A stretch of DNA of 63,788 nt, from the NCBI RefSeq assembly GCF_001194135.2, contig NC_068995.1, positions 17,095,525-17,159,312 on the forward strand, given 5' to 3'. Below the pieces are notes generated by a model, which worked only from the letters and a program-made list of their open reading frames with translations, did no database searches and was not told the DNA's origin. Source of the stretch: Octopus bimaculoides. Its lineage: Eukaryota. Below are positions 38,828 through 53,335 of the stretch, one piece after another. Position 1 is the first letter of the stretch. Each line of letters begins with the position of its first letter. Made by a program: the position numbers and the translations under genes.

Positions 38828-38975
38828 AACAGGGTTCCATACAGTTTCCGTCTAACAAATTCACTCGCAAGTCATTGGTCAGCCACAGCTCTTGTAGAAA
38901 ATATTTGCCCAAGTTGCAGCGCATTTAGACTGAACGCGAACCCATGTGCTTGCAACCCATGTGGTTCAACCATCT
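38828..38975 (-). mobile_element. SINE family A, diverged 5' half
   Basis: cagtttccgtctaacaaattcactcgcaagtcattggtc...tttgcccaag. Confidence 0.65.
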
Positions 38976-40449
38976 AAAGCTTAATTTTAATTCCATTTAA
39001 CATTAGTTCACTTCCGACTCCTCTTTCTTACAAACTGCTGACTTGCACCAATAACCGGGTAAGAAGTTATGTATACCCATAATATACACAAAGACATATG
39101 CTCTATTATCTTTATGGCAATAACAGTAACTCAGACAAATTCGTGATTTCAGAAAGAAGGTTTCCAGATAAATAATGAAAATAACGTACTGAGCAAATTG
39201 AATTTAATAGGAATAGATCACTAAGAGAAATCATCAATCCTAATACACACAGACTGTATTGAATTATGCTATTTTGTCCAAAACGAGCGAAAACAAAAGA
39301 GAAAACACACCAGAGTAGAAAGAATTGCAACACACAAAAGATAACAGTCCTAGTGTATTGATAAATGAGCATCAAAAGAAAATATCTGTTTTGTCAATCT
39401 TATTAATTTGTTTATATTAGAATACTATTCGACAGAATAAAGGTTAAGACCCAGGAATTTTTTCAAACATGTGCTTAACATTTAAAACAGTAAGAATACA
39501 ATGAGTTATGAATGCATTAAAACTTAAGTAAATTGTTTTGTGTGTATGAGAAACATATTTCAAAAATATTTTCAAAATTATTTGTAATTCTCGAAGCATC
39601 TGATCCTCAGTTCTTATTCATTAAAAACAATTTGTCTGGAAACTATACACACACATACACACACACATACACACACACACGCACATATACATGCACCTCA
39701 CACACACATACGTGCTCACAAACATACAAAATACATACATATGTTCTTTACACAATAAAAACAGACCTTTTGTATGTGTAGATACATAGAAAGGTGCACA
39801 CACATATACATATAAACACACACACATACACACACACATACACACACACCCATATATATATATATATGCATATATATGCATATATATATGCATNNNNNNN
39901 NNNNNNNNNNNNNNNNNNNNNNNNNNNNNNNNNNNNNNNNNNNNNNNNNNNNNNNNNNNNNNNNNNNNNNNNNNNNNNNNNNNNNNNNNNNNNNNNNNNN
40001 NNNNNNNNNNNNNNNNNNNNNNNNNNNNNNNNNNNNNNNNNNNNNNNNNNNNNNNNNNNNNNNNNNNNNNNNNNNNNNNNNNNNNNNNNNNNNNNNNNNN
40101 NNNNNNNNNNNNNNNNNNNNNNNNNNNNNNNNNNNNNNNNNNNNNNNNNNNNNNNNNNNNNNNNNNNNNNNNNNNNNNNNNNNNNNNNNNNNNNNNNNNN
40201 NNNNNNNNNNNNNNNNNNNNNNNNNNNNNNNNNNNNNNNNNNNNNNNNNNNNNNNCCTTTTCAAATTTTTGTTTTGCACTATCACAAGTTTTTTTAATCT
40301 AAATATGAACAAAACATTCTTCCCTGTATTCTTCATTGTGTTTTGAAGCAAAAAGGTAAAATAATTTCCATTGAAATGGCAACAAAAGCTGCCCAAAACA
40401 ACACAGACGTCCATTCTACAGTAAGCTTTCTATTGTTTTATTCACTTGG

Positions 40450-41272
40450 AATTCGCTTTCTATACATACACAATATATCTTCTTCCTTCCTTGTGATCGG
40501 TTTATCAACTGTTCTTTCTTTTTTCCTCACTATTTCTTTCTTTATTACTGCACATCTTTCTCTCAGTATTTCTTTCTTTCTTTCTTTCTTTTTTTCTCAC
40601 TTGCTCTCTCTCTCTTTCTTTCTTTCCTTCTTTTTCTTCTTTCATATTAGCCTTCTCTCTTTTTCCAAAAATTTCTTTCTTCTGTCATTCTATCTTTCTG
40701 TTTGTTATATTAAATGATTTACTTTCATATCATCTTCAGTTCTGTTTCCATATTATCAGCATTTCTTTCTATCGTATTTTCTTTATTTATCTATTCATTC
40801 TTTTCTTTCTTTTTCTCTTTCCTTCTAACTTTCTGTCTTTCTATCCTACTTTCCTTCTGGAGCACATCTATTTTTCTACAATTCACTAATTTTGCATTCA
40901 TGTTTCCATATTTCGGTCCATCTTACATATCTCATTCTTTCTTTGTTTCTTTCTCTCCATCTTTTCGTTTTTCTTTCTTCCTTTCTGTATTTCCTTCCAT
41001 TTTTTATTCTTTCTTTTTGTATTCCCTTTTCTCTTTCCTTTTCTTTCTTCCTTCCTTCCCTCCTTCCTTTATTCCTTTCTTCCTTCGTTCCTTCTTTCCT
41101 TTTCCTCTTTCTTTCTTTCTTTGTTTCTCCCTTTCTTTCATTCTTTCTTTCTGCCTTCTTTTCTTTCTTTCTTTCTGCCTTTTTTTCTTTGTTTGTTTGT
41201 TTGTTTGTTTGTTTGTTTGTTTGTTTGTTTGTTTGTTTCTTTCTTTCTTTTCTTCCTTTCTTTCTTTCTACC
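40450..41272. repeat. Long polypyrimidine tract ending in (TTTG)n/(TTTC)n next to a gap
   Basis: Seen directly in the sequence; it accounts for the spurious F/S/L-rich ORFs. Confidence 0.9.
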
Positions 41273-42340
41273 NNNNNNNNNNNNNNNNNNNNNNNNNNNN
41301 NNNNNNNNNNNNNNNNNNNNNNNNNNNNNNNNNNNNNNNNNNNNNNNNNNNNNNNNNNNNNNNNNNNNNNNNNNNNNNNNNNNNNNNNNNNNNNNNNNNN
41401 NNNNNNNNNNNNNNNNNNNNNNNNNNNNNNNNNNNNNNNNNNNNNNNNNNNNNNNNNNNNNNNNNNNNNNNNNNNNNNNNNNNNNNNNNNNNNNNNNNNN
41501 NNNNNNNNNNNNNNNNNNNNNNNNNNNNNNNNNNNNNNNNNNNNNNNNNNNNNNNNNNNNNNNNNNNNNNNNNNNNNNNNNNNNNNNNNNNNNNNNNNNN
41601 NNNNNNNNNNNNNNNNNNNNNNNNNNNNNNNNNNNNNNNNNNNNNNNNNNNNNNNNNNNNNNNNNNNNNNNNNNNNNNNNNNNNNNNNNNNNNNNNNNNN
41701 NNNNNNNNNNNNNNNNNNNNNNNNNNNNNNNNNNNNNNNNNNNNNNNNNNNNNNNNNNNNNNNNNNNNNNNNNNNNNNNNNNNNNNNNNNNNNNNNNNNN
41801 NNNNNNNNNNNNNNNNNNNNNNNNNNNNNNNNNNNNNNNNNNNNNNNNNNNNNNNNNNNNNNNNNNNNNNNNNNNNNNNNNNNNNNNNNNNNNNNNNNNN
41901 NNNNNNNNNNNNNNNNNNNNNNNNNNNNNNNNNNNNNNNNNNNNNNNNNNNNNNNNNNNNNNNNNNNNNNNNNNNNNNNNNNNNNNNNNNNNNNNNNNNN
42001 NNNNNNNNNNNNNNNNNNNNNNNNNNNNNNNNNNNNNNNNNNNNNNNNNNNNNNNNNNNNNNNNNNNNNNNNNNNNNNNNNNNNNNNNNNNNNNNNNNNN
42101 NNNNNNNNNNNNNNNNNNNNNNNNNNNNNNNNNNNNNNNNNNNNNNNNNNNNNNNNNNNNNNNNNNNNNNNNNNNNNNNNNNNNNNNNNNNNNNNNNNNN
42201 NNNATACGTATATAGATATATATATATGTATTTATATATGTATATATATATACACGCTATATATTTATATACATGCTTATACACATATACATACATTCAA
42301 CAGACTCACACAAATACACACACACATATATATATATACT

Positions 42341-42374
<34 letters not shown>

Positions 42375-43091
42375 CGCACGCGTGTTATGTTCGTGTATAT
42401 ATATGTACATTGATACAATCGTTTAGGAGATTCTGTAAAGTATGTAAATTCAATTTAAAATTGTAAACTTGAATTTAAATTACAAATTAATTTATAAGCA
42501 GAATTAGAGTGATGGCTCAATTAGTGGAATTATCGTTACCATATACATTTTAGCTGATGGATGAAAAAGGAATAATTATACTGAAGTGAACTTGTCGTAA
42601 TATACTTGATTGCAGCATCATGTCTGAGTAAATTTCGGTACATATTGAATCAAGCGTTCGGGAAATGAAAGATATAATTAACTTTGATAATCTAAAGAAA
42701 TGAAATTTAAGTTTCTAATAAATGCGAAGTGATTCAAAAATTCAAGATTAAGTTTATTGATTAGCAAAGAGAAACGGTATGCTCAGAAAACTAAAGTATT
42801 ATATTGGCTGTTGAGGCCATCTCGGTTAATGTTTCAAAGGGAAAATGGGGAAAAAAATTCCCCAGACGGTCATGTCTATTTCGTTCACATGCACGTAGAA
42901 GTCATATAGTGACATAGATGAAAGCGATAGATTTAAACTGTTGTGAACACAGGGAACGTTAGAAACCTGTTATGTCTTATATAAGAATCATGGTGAAAGA
43001 TGCGGAGAGCAAAATATATGTATGCATATGCACAGAGGTATGTCGAAATATTGGAACTGAATGACATACGTGTGTGTGTGTGTGTTTGTGT

Positions 43092-43122
<31 letters not shown>

Positions 43123-43130
43123 AATGTGTG

Positions 43131-43185
<55 letters not shown>

Positions 43186-43367
43186 GTATACATATAAACA
43201 TATGAAACTGCGTATAAACAAACTGCAGATAAATTGTGACAAAGTCATAAGGATACGTGACACAAAAGTTGTGTATATAAGACTTGTTAGGAAAATATTT
43301 TACAAACAGATAGGAGATATATTGAAATATTTTAAGGATCACATAAGTGAGGATAGCACGAAGCAAT

Positions 43368-43600
43368 TTAACCTTCTAGGATTAAGAAATGTGTCAATAT
43401 GGTCGTTTCGACGCTTTTCCTAGAATTTCTATTCACATTTAGGAAAATAGATGACAAAGTTGCGTTCACTTCAGTGCAATAGGCATTATTGTTTATAGTT
43501 ATATGTTTCAATATATTAGCATTTGTACATTTTAATTTGGACGAAATGTGCTGGTCTAAGCAAACTTTGCCAAGCGAGCTGCAATTGATAACTTGATAAT
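43368..43600 (-). pseudogene. Probable Penelope-like GIY-YIG endonuclease relic
   Basis: YQVINCSSLGKVCLDQHISSKLKC...IFLNVNRNSRKSVETTIL resembles the VY.I.C..CGKVYIGQT...L...N..KR..E..I pattern. Catalytic residues are degenerate. Confidence 0.5.
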
Positions 43601-43630
43601 ATATATATAAATTGATATATATATATATGA

Positions 43631-43688
<58 letters not shown>

Positions 43689-45651
43689 ATGTGTGTGTGT
43701 CCCAATATTTCCGATATATGCCTTAGTGTGTTTTGGTGCCATTTCCGGCAAGTGTTTTGCTGGTGTCTCCGGAGTGTAAGTAATATTATCGATAATGCCC
43801 GAAATTTCGCTTGGCCTTCTCGCCGATAACTGAAGAGGAGTTGGTAACCTTCTGCTGTTTTCTGCTCGTCTGTGTGTTTAGTATATCTTCGTATGTTTAA
43901 TTACTGCACGTTTTTAAAACTTATATAAATACATATCTATATTTTATTTGTCGATCTATTTATCTGTAATTATATTTGCATCTGTAGGTCTATTTATCTG
44001 CGTGATTATATCAATCAATCTATCTGTAGAAAAAACATATCAAAATATGCACACACACACACTCATTCAAACACACATGCACACGTACACGCACGCTCGC
44101 CCTCAAACGTACACATACACGCTCACACATGGACACACATAAACATTCGCATGCAAACAAACACGCATTCATACACACATACACACACATGCACACACAT
44201 ATAGACAAACAAGCACATACATAAGCACACACACATATACACACATGCACACGTACAGCCATACACATATACCCATTGCACACACATCACATACACACGC
44301 GCGTGCACGCACACACCATATATACACCAGACAATGTTGTTTTTGATTTCTCTTGTTTAAAAATGCAGCAATTTTAATGCACACAAGTCCATATACGTGA
44401 AGATGCAGCTATATTCTATGCCTACGTATAAGCTCGTATCAATCTTTTCATATATTTCATTACTTCCATATTTATCTGAATATCTTTTGTGCATATTACA
44501 TTTTGCATTTGTTATCTTTGTTGATATGTGCATACACACACACACACGCACGCACAGACACACACACACACACGCACACATATATACATACATTATACAC
44601 GTATGTACACTGTATATGTGTGTATGGGCACGCATATACATACATCTAGTAATGTAAGAGTTTTTTAGTATATTTTAAAGGACATTTTTTCACATAGGGC
44701 AAATGTTATTTGATAGTGTTCGGGTGTACGTATTATATATATATATATATATACATATTCTTCAATTTATTTAACTATTTATCTATCTATCTATGCATAA
44801 TACATACATAACACACACAAAACCACATTTGTACAGACGTCATATAATCCGAAACTAAACTTAGAAATAAATATATTTATATTATTTCACTATCAATACA
44901 CGCGCTTACCTTAAGCGGTACTTACAATCACACAACAACCATCCATCACATACACACATATACATTTAAATACATACATAGATACACACACACGTATATA
45001 TANNNNNNNNNNNNNNNNNNNNNNNNNNNNNNNNNNNNNNNNNNNNNNNNNNNNNNNNNNNNNNNNNNNNNNNNNNNNNNNNNNNNNNNNNNNNNNNNNN
45101 NNNNNNNNNNNNNNNNNNNNNNNNNNNNNNNNNNNNNNNNNNNNNNNNNNNNNNNNNNNNNNNNNNNNNNNNNNNNNNNNNNNNNNNNNNNNNNNNNNNN
45201 NNNTATATATATATATATATATGTATGTATGTACTTACATACAATATATTACCTATGCATACATATGATGTGTGCGTGAGTATAGGTGTATGTTTAGAGC
45301 ATCACAAAATTACTACTACTCAAGCACAAAACCTAACCTCCATTTTGGTTCTCTCATGCCAACCGAATATCTGCTAGACATATAGAGACATGTCCGCATG
45401 CATTACATACATTGTAAGGCAAACTATTCTTCGTAATCTCACGTAGTTACGTTCACACTGTTGTTCCTGTCACATAGGAAGATGAATACATTTAATCCCT
45501 CTCTCATTCACACGTACTCAGATACCCATCACATTGCAACGTCATCAACGTTCAGAAACAAGTCTATTCACAGACATAGTTTGTATTCCCTTTTCATTTC
45601 TGGCACCTCACCTTTTTGTTTTTTACTGCTAGTCATAGAAGAGTACACCAA

Positions 45652-45764
<113 letters not shown>

Positions 45765-46749
45765 GNNNNNNNNNNNNNNNNNNNNNNNNNNNNNNNNNNN
45801 NNNNNNNNNNNNNNNNNNNNNNNNNNNNNNNNNNNNNNNNNNNNNNNNNNNNNNNNNNNNNNNNNNNNNNNNNNNNNNNNNNNNNNNNNNNNNNNNNNNN
45901 NNNNNNNNNNNNNNNNNNNNNNNNNNNNNNNNNNNNNNNNNNNNNNNNNNNNNNNNNNNNNNNNNNNNNNNNNNNNNNNNNNNNNNNNNNNNNNNNNNNN
46001 NNNNNNNNNNNNNNNNNNNNNNNNNNNNNNNNNNNNNNNNNNNNNNNNNNNNNNNNNNNNNNNNNNNNNNNNNNNNNNNNNNNNNNNNNNNNNNNNNNNN
46101 NNNNNNNNNNNNNNNNNNNNNNNNNNNNNNNNNNNNNNNNNNNNNNNNNNNNNNNNNNNNNNNNNNNNNNNNNNNNNNNNNNNNNNNNNNNNNNNNNNNN
46201 NNNNNNNNNNNNNNNNNNNNNNNNNNNNNNNNNNNNNNNNNNNNNNNNNNNNNNNNNNNNNNNNNNNNNNNNNNNNNNNNNNNNNNNNNNNNNNNNNNNN
46301 NNNNNNNNNNNNNNNNNNNNNNNNNNNNNNNNNNNNNNNNNNNNNNNNNNNNNNNNNNNNNNNNNNNNNNNNNNNNNNNNNNNNNNNNNNNNNNNNNNNN
46401 NNNNNNNNNNNNNNNNNNNNNNNNNNNNNNNNNNNNNNNNNNNNNNNNNNNNNNNNNNNNNNNNNNNNNNNNNNNNNNNNNNNNNNNNNNNNNNNNNNNN
46501 NNNNNNNNNNNNNNNNNNNNNNNNNNNNNNNNNNNNNNNNNNNNNNNNNNNNNNNNNNNNNNNNNNNNNNNNNNNNNNNNNNNNNNNNNNNNNNNNNNNN
46601 NNNNNNNNNNNNNNNNNNNNNNNNNNNNNNNNNNNNNNNNNNNNNNNTATGTATGTATGTATGTATGTATGTATGTATGTATGTATGTATGTATCTATCT
46701 ATCTATCGACCGATCCATCCATCCATCCATCCTTGCATCTATCTGTTCT

Positions 46750-46864
46750 TTGTAAAGCCTGGTACGTATTCTATAGGTCTTTAGTGCTGAACCGAAGTTA
46801 TGGTGACAAAAACACCACAACACCGATTGTTAAGCGGTCGTGAGGGATAAACACTACACAAAGA

Positions 46865-46908
<44 letters not shown>

Positions 46909-47063
46909 GATATACGACAGGGATTTTTCAGGTTCCGCCTACCCAAATCCACTCAAAAAGCTGAGACTTCTGTAGATAATACTTGCTCAAGTTGAGACGC
47001 AGTTGGACTGAACCTGAAACCACACGGTGGAAAACAACCTTCTTATTGCACAGCCACGCCTAT
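46750..47063 (-). mobile_element. SINE family A (diverged)
   Basis: gctgaaccgaagtta...acgacagggatttttcaggttccgcctacccaaatccactc...cacagccacgcctata. Confidence 0.75.
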
Positions 47064-47294
47064 ATTCGTGAATTATAGGTCCTAATATTTACTTCAATTG
47101 AGAGAGGTAATCAATAAATGTGGTAATCAAGAAAAGTTTGAACATATTTTTCTATTTCTTTATTTTTGCTGGCATTAGTGTTACATTAGTGTTAAACCGT
47201 ACACAAAAACCGAATTCCAGCAATAATTTCATTCTAATCTGCCTCCATGTAAATTCACATACTATATTAATACTTCTAAAGATAAACATAAAAC

Positions 47295-48490
47295 TCACTC
47301 AATCCTAGTTTCACTTCTCCAATACATCTCATTCCTTCTTCGTATGTAATTACTGTTAATCACATAGAAACTGCTGGACACAATTAAAGACTTCACATGA
47401 CGCGGTATTTCCCTGAGGAACACTTTGGAAACAATCAGTTGCGAGATGACTCGATTTATCTTTTGCCTTGAGACGAACTTACAATGGTCAATTTGAACGA
47501 TAGAGTCACTTTTAGACTTTATCACAATTTCATGAGAATTCGTCCCTCCGAGGCGTGAATTGCTAACTTTGAAGTTGAACATTTGATAATGTGAAAGTCA
47601 AAAGAAACAATGCTTTAGGGAATAAAGGACTTGCTTATTATTTCATCATTGTTTGATATCGATTATGATTCTCGAGTGATGATCGACGGAGTGCAATTTA
47701 GTGTAACCTCTGGACACTATAGCAAATCCGTTCAGAATCCTCGACTAAATCAAATTTCACTTCAGTCGTTCTTGGAATCCCACTACAATGGCTTTGTCTA
47801 GCATTTATAGCCGCCACTGAGAATATCGGTGAATTAATCTCCAAAAACTGCTAGGATTCGAAATCAAATTCTTCATTTCAGCCGATCGTCTAGCACAACC
47901 ACGACACTTCAGTATTTTTGATTAATTTATGTTGGAATGCCCATTCTTTTTCCATAAAAATGGGGGTAAAAAGTAAGTCTCTATATGACGTAGTAAATTA
48001 ACAACTAAATCCTCTTAGCGTCTTAGAAGACTTAAAAGAAAACGGCACGTTTGATGCTATAATCCAGACAACTACAAATCTGGATCTTAATCAGAACAAT
48101 AACAATGGGATTGATAATGTCTCAAGTTCAAACCAAACCGTTTGTCTCACAAGCCTTTCCTTATATCCCAAGGATAATTATTTACGATAATTCTTTGATA
48201 CTGTCCATTTGCACACACAGGCAAGGTCCCTCTTCTCTACTCCACCAATTTTATCCAAAGGAAAGACCACTGACCACTGAATTGGAACCGATAGAGTTTG
48301 GCATCACTATCATCGTACATGTTGCATTCATAACACAAAGAACTGGAATGGATACCGCACAGCATTTTGCACAGCGTCCAAATATTCCCATTAATACACC
48401 ACATTCTATTACTATATTTTTATCGATACTCACCTCGTTGTATATTCATTCCATGCCTCATAGAAGATTCATAAAGGAAACGAAAGAGAC
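47295..48490 (-). pseudogene. Probable decayed Merlin (IS1595/ISXO2-like) transposase
   Basis: CAKC zinc-ribbon-like N-terminus; IRKG../WFELETLSIPLLLF; SIVQIDHCKFVSRQKINR (compare IVEIDESKF.KRKYNRG). No TIRs found. Confidence 0.5.
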
Positions 48491-48996
48491 ATGATTTTAA
48501 ATTTCATTGTTATGAACATTTCTTGTACAAATATAAATTTAGAGGGTTACTGTTCTGTCTACATACATTTCACTGGTTCCCAATTAACTCTCTGAGCCCA
48601 TTTACTTCTTTGACATTTGCGTTATATTTATTCAAATGACTGAGGTCATTAAAATGTTTTACTCATCTTTTGTGCACGGAAAAGTGTCTGATTTTCTGAA
48701 GATAAGGTAGGAAAATTGTTTTCGAAAATGAGGCGTATTGAGCAGGTACCAAATGTCGACAGCTATACACTTAGACTTAGACACTTTTATTTTCTGTAAT
48801 GGAATGTCACTTTTAGCGAATAATTCTGATTATCTCCCTTTCGCATGTGAACTTCGTAAAGCTTGCCATTAAGCAAGTGGACTACTCTCTCTGAAAACGG
48901 GAATGATTGCCATAAATAGCGAAATAATCTTATGGTTTCATAGAAAACTATACATAGATATATATTTATAAATGCATACACATGTATGTACGTATA

Positions 48997-49029
<33 letters not shown>

Positions 49030-49365
49030 ATATGTATATAAATATATATATANNNNNNNNNNNNNNNNNNNNNNNNNNNNNNNNNNNNNNNNNNNNNNNN
49101 NNNNNNNNNNNNNNNNNNNNNNNNNNNNNNNNNNNNNNNNNNNNNNNNNNNNNNNNNNNNNNNNNNNNNNNNNNNNNNNNNNNNNNNNNNNNNNNNNNNN
49201 NNNNNNNNNNNNNNNNNNNNNNNNNNNNNNNNNNNNNNNNNNNNNNNNNNNNNNNNNNNNNNNNNNNNNNNNNNNNNNNNNNNNNNNNNNNNNNNNNNNN
49301 NNNNNNNNNNNNNNNNNNNNNNNNNNNNNNNNNNNNNNNNNNNNNNNNNNNNNNNNNNNNNNNNN

Positions 49366-49402
<37 letters not shown>

Positions 49403-50820
49403 TGTGTTTGTATGTGTGTATATGTGTGTATTACATACGTATTTATATTTTCTTTCATATGACATTATTCCGGTTTTCTCAATCAATTTCAACGTGTCTA
49501 AGGACATCCTTTTGTTCCTCATCGTATCTTTCTCATTTCTTTTCTTTCTGTCGTATGTATTCAAACGTATTCTTTTTTATTTTCATTTACTTATCAACCA
49601 TCAGCTATCCGCTCTATCACTCTATCAGTCAATCGATTAATCTTCGTGCTCTCATGGTTTCTAGAATCTTCCAATTTCTCTCTCCGACCACCTATTCTAT
49701 CCTACCTCAACGAATTACTCTTCTCCACTTCTGTAACACCCTTTATAAACATTTTCACTGAATCAATAATTAACGTATTTTCCCTCTTCATGCTCTCTTT
49801 CATTACACCCATATCTAGCTTCATCTTTCATACTGACTATTACGACATTTCTTACCTCTAGCGGCCATTACATTTACATTTTTTTCTTTATCCCTCACCC
49901 CTCACCATCGACTCTTAAGAAGAGAGTGTGATCTAATTTTACGTCTTATAACCTTTGTCATCTGTGTTGCCGTCGTTGTTACTTTTGTTTCTGTTGCAAA
50001 TTGTAACACATCTGTGCTCAACCAAAATACCAGATGCTAGGCTACAGCAACAATATTATATACAGCCTATCACCGGACAAAGAAGAATATTATTTCTATT
50101 TGTTTGACTGAATATGACAATAATAATTATATCTGTGTTCAAATGACCGTTGTTACCGACGTGCATAGCTGCGCACTACACAACTGTAATACCATTACAT
50201 TAGACATGCTTTTCAGCATCCAACGCTATGCTAAACAAATACGTAAACGCAAGGTGCACTTGATTGCACTTTAGCAGATTATTGCATCATGCATAACAGT
50301 CGATGGAAATATAGAGAGATGTAGCACATGAGATAACACTGTGCGATATTTATCCAATGACCCAGTAAGAATCAAATATTATTCATACACCCACGTATAC
50401 ATTAGACCACTGGCCACTCACACATTCATGAAAATAATATAAGGTATATTATTATATGTACATGACTACATACATACGTACGACGTGCATACATAGGTAC
50501 ATGAATACACATATGCATACATATATAAAAAAGTATATGCAAGCACACATTACTATATAGATAACATTATCCAAATGCCAGTGAAATACAATTCTAACCG
50601 AATTGGAGACTGGCTTTTTTCCTTTGCTGAGACTTTTCATAACACACGCACACAAAGAACTGTTTGTGTGTATGAATATATAAACAGATATATACATGCA
50701 TACATATATATANNNNNNNNNNNNNNNNNNNNNNNNNNNNNNNNNNNNNNNNNNNNNNNNNNNNNNNNNNNNNNNNNNNNNNNNNNNNNNNNNNNNNNNN
50801 NNNNNNNNNNNNNNNNNNNN

Positions 50821-50860
<40 letters not shown>

Positions 50861-51434
50861 CATGAAACACCATTAAATAGTAATTTTAAGTTAGCCATGG
50901 CTGGGGCCAACTCTAGTTGAAATTTCTTTCTCCTGAGATAACATCAGTTACACCCTTGGTTTATTGAAGCACAATACACACTATAGGTCTGCTTTCACCC
51001 TAGCAAGGACCTGTGGTATCCCCATGTGCTTCTGGCCTGTTTTTTGCCTGTGCATGTATGTATACATGTATATATGTATGTATATATGTATATATAGATG
51101 TATGTATATGTATTTATTCATACGATTATGCATTCATGTAAACATTCATTAACCACGTGCAGTGATTGCCTGAGCTAAATCTCATGATTCTCCTCAACCT
51201 AGCAGTGATGGAACATGTTCCAGGCGTCCTCATTTGCATGCTTTTATTCATTTATTAAAAATAAGATTGTATACTACCAATTAAAAACAACATATTTTAA
51301 AGCGTTACTCTACTTTTAAAATATAAATTATTAGAAGTAGAATTTCCGGAACATTTCACTGCTATTTCTAATCAGTTTGCACTTTTGTTGAAACACCATC
51401 ATGAGCGTCTCACGCGATATAGTGCACGTTCCGA

Positions 51435-51444
51435 CGCCATCTTG
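51435..51444 (-). promoter_or_regulatory. YY1-like motif (CAAGATGGCG) in a small CpG-rich unique patch
   Basis: cgccatcttg within ...ctcacgcgatatagtgcacgttccgacgccatcttggg. A single short motif, so weak evidence. Confidence 0.2.
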
Positions 51445-51558
51445 GGAAAGTAAATTTCATTGCTTTATAGTATAGTGTGCTGCCTGATTGATCCTGTTAA
51501 ACTGAAACTTAAAGTATTAATACAGTATATCTAACTATGTAGTTATACATACATGTAC

Positions 51559-51616
<58 letters not shown>

Positions 51617-53122
51617 ATATATATATATATATGTATATATATANNNNNNNNNNNNNNNNNNNNNNNNNNNNNNNNNNNNNNNNNNNNNNNNNNNNNNNNN
51701 NNNNNNNNNNNNNNNNNNNNNNNNNNNNNNNNNNNNNNNNNNNNNNNNNNNNNNNNNNNNNNNNNNNNNNNNNNNNNNNNNNNNNNNNNNNNNNNNNNNN
51801 NNNNNNNNNNNNNNNNNNNNNNNNNNNNNNNNNNNNNNNNNNNNNNNNNNNNNNNNNNNNNNNNNNNNNNNNNNNNNNNNNNNNNNNNNNNNNNNNNNNN
51901 NNNNNNNNNNNNNNNNNNNNNNNNNNNNNNNNNNNNNNNNNNNNNNNNNNNNNNNNNNNNNNNNNNNNNNNNNNNNNNNNNNNNNNNNNNNNNNNNNNNN
52001 NNNNNNNNNNNNNNNNNNNNNNNNNNNNNNNNNNNNNNNNNNNNNNNNNNNNNNNNNNNNNNNNNNNNNNNNNNNNNNNNNNNNNNNNNNNNNNNNNNNN
52101 NNNNNNNNNNNNNNNNNNNNNNNNNNNNNNNNNNNNNNNNNNNNNNNNNNNNNNNNNNNNNNNNNNNNNNNNNNNNNNNNNNNNNNNNNNNNNNNNNNNN
52201 NNNNNNNNNNNNNNNNNNNNNNNNNNNNNNNNNNNNNNNNNNNNNNNNNNNNNNNNNNNNNNNNNNNNNNNNNNNNNNNNNNNNNNNNNNNNNNNNNNNN
52301 NNNNNNNNNNNNNNNNNNNNNNNNNNNNNNNNNNNNNNNNNNNNNNNNNNNNNNNNNNNNNNNNNNNNNNNNNNNNNNNNNNNNNNNNNNNNNNNNNNNN
52401 NNNNNNNNNNNNNNNNNNNNNNNNNNNNNNNNNNNNNNNNNNNNNNNNNNNNNNNNNNNTATATATATATAGACATACATTCATACATACACATATATAT
52501 TTGCAGTTGTTGTTGTTTATTCCCATGTTAACTCTGATCAAGCACATCTTTTGTTTATAGCCGTTCTAAGTGTGACCATCCCTATTTTAGTTTTGCGCAA
52601 TAATGAATTTCAAAACGCATGGCATAGTATTGATCTCAAGTGTGTGTAGGTCCACATATCAAAAAGATATGCTTCTGTTTCGATGAAGTCAACTAGCCAG
52701 ATTTTATCTGTATTTATCTATATATGTTGAAGTAGTTATTGTGGCTGATATTGTTGAATCTTATCTATGGTGGCCTTGATCGAAAAGAGCAATGACCACG
52801 GTCAGAAGATTCTGTAGATCATACCTATTTTTACTCTTAGTTTCGAGATTTTCAGAAACGGTTGTCTGTACTGTGAAATAGATATGGCTGCTATTTCTGT
52901 CAAGCTGAGCGAGTGTGTACAGGATTACCTGATGGCTTGTGTAATAAAGGGAGTTTCTAGTTATGGTTGCTTTAAGGAGCTTTTGGAAATCTTTCTAGTG
53001 ATTGCTGGAAAATGGACAGGGTTAATAAAGCAACCGTTGCAGGGCTCTAGTCTGGGTTGTTTCCCTTAGTCTTCCGCTTTTCTTAGGCCTGTCTAGAACC
53101 AAGACGATTTGATACTTAGGAA

Positions 53123-53335
53123 TGAGGCAGCGAGCTGGCAGAAACGTTAGCACGCCGGGCGAAATGCTTAGCGGTATTTCATCTGCCATTACGTTCAGAT
53201 TTCAAATTCTACCGAGGTCGACTTTGCTTTCACCTTTTCGGGGTCGATAAATTAGGTACCAGTCGCGTACTGATTTCAATCTAATCGATTGGTCCCTCTG
53301 ACGAAAATTTCTGGCCTTGTGCCTAGAATAGAAAA
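53123..53335 (+). mobile_element. SINE family B, full length, with a degenerate 12-bp TSD
   Basis: gaggcagcgagctggcagaaacgttagc...ttcaaattctaccgaggtcgac...gcctagaatagaaaa. Flanks are gatacttaggaa and gatgcttaagaa. Confidence 0.88.

Noticed and set aside
43830-43856. ctgaagaggagttggtaaccttc as a hammerhead core
   Set aside because: No downstream GAAA or stem I partner.
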